A stretch of 64,000 bases of DNA. Origin: Paragordius varius. Lineage: Eukaryota > Animalia > Nematomorpha. The translations under genes were made by a program, and so were the position numbers. The stretch covers positions 14,508,001 to 14,572,000 of the forward strand of contig OZ176051.1 in assembly GCA_964247055.1 (NCBI GenBank). Direction: 5' to 3'. This document shows positions 63,888 to 64,000 of the stretch, one piece after another; position 1 is the first letter of the stretch; each line of letters begins with the position of its first letter. Under the pieces are notes generated by a model. The model saw only the letters and a program-made list of their open reading frames with translations. It ran no database searches and was not told the origin of the DNA.

Positions 63888-64000
63888 CTAGTGTAAATCT
63901 CGTGGTGCTACGCAGCCCGAGGAAGTCCTTCGGACTTCGGGGCGGGATTTTTGATTTTAAGCAATTTTGTTATGCGGCACGAAGTTTTAAAATGAATCAC
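63888..64000 (-). mobile_element. Helitron-type 3' end (element continues beyond the window)
   Basis: Minus strand ends ...CTAG followed by T, with GC-rich hairpins 10-50 nt upstream. Confidence 0.55.

Overview
Very AT-rich, TE-saturated eukaryotic (most likely invertebrate animal) DNA. The species cannot be identified from the sequence. The ORF track is largely uninformative because the real genes are spliced. One complete host gene can be assembled by hand: a 9-exon secreted CAP/SCP-TAPS (CRISP/venom-allergen-like) gene at 718-4306. It has a Cys-rich ShK/ICR-like module, a T/N/P-rich linker, an unrecognised 2x C-terminal repeat and an apparent 25-nt intron. A family of small beta-rich proteins has two RGD-bearing members in an ~8.5-kb inverted segmental duplication (17263-18271 +, 31876-32964 -) and a probable diverged third member whose intron holds a near-intact hAT. 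A GC-rich ~90-nt cassette of unresolved function occurs three times (5.9, 58.3, 62.9 kb). The remainder is transposon-derived: more than 25 copies of a TA-flanked CAGT..ACTG MITE, a related 1.87-kb foldback, a second MITE family, a full-length RTE LINE (12-bp TSD, 5' pseudoknot) plus older RTE remnants, several mariner, hAT, pogo, Gypsy and Jockey-like relics, a tRNA-derived SINE and Helitron-type termini. All assignments come from manual translation and recalled family motifs. No database search was run, and boundaries of degenerate elements are approximate.
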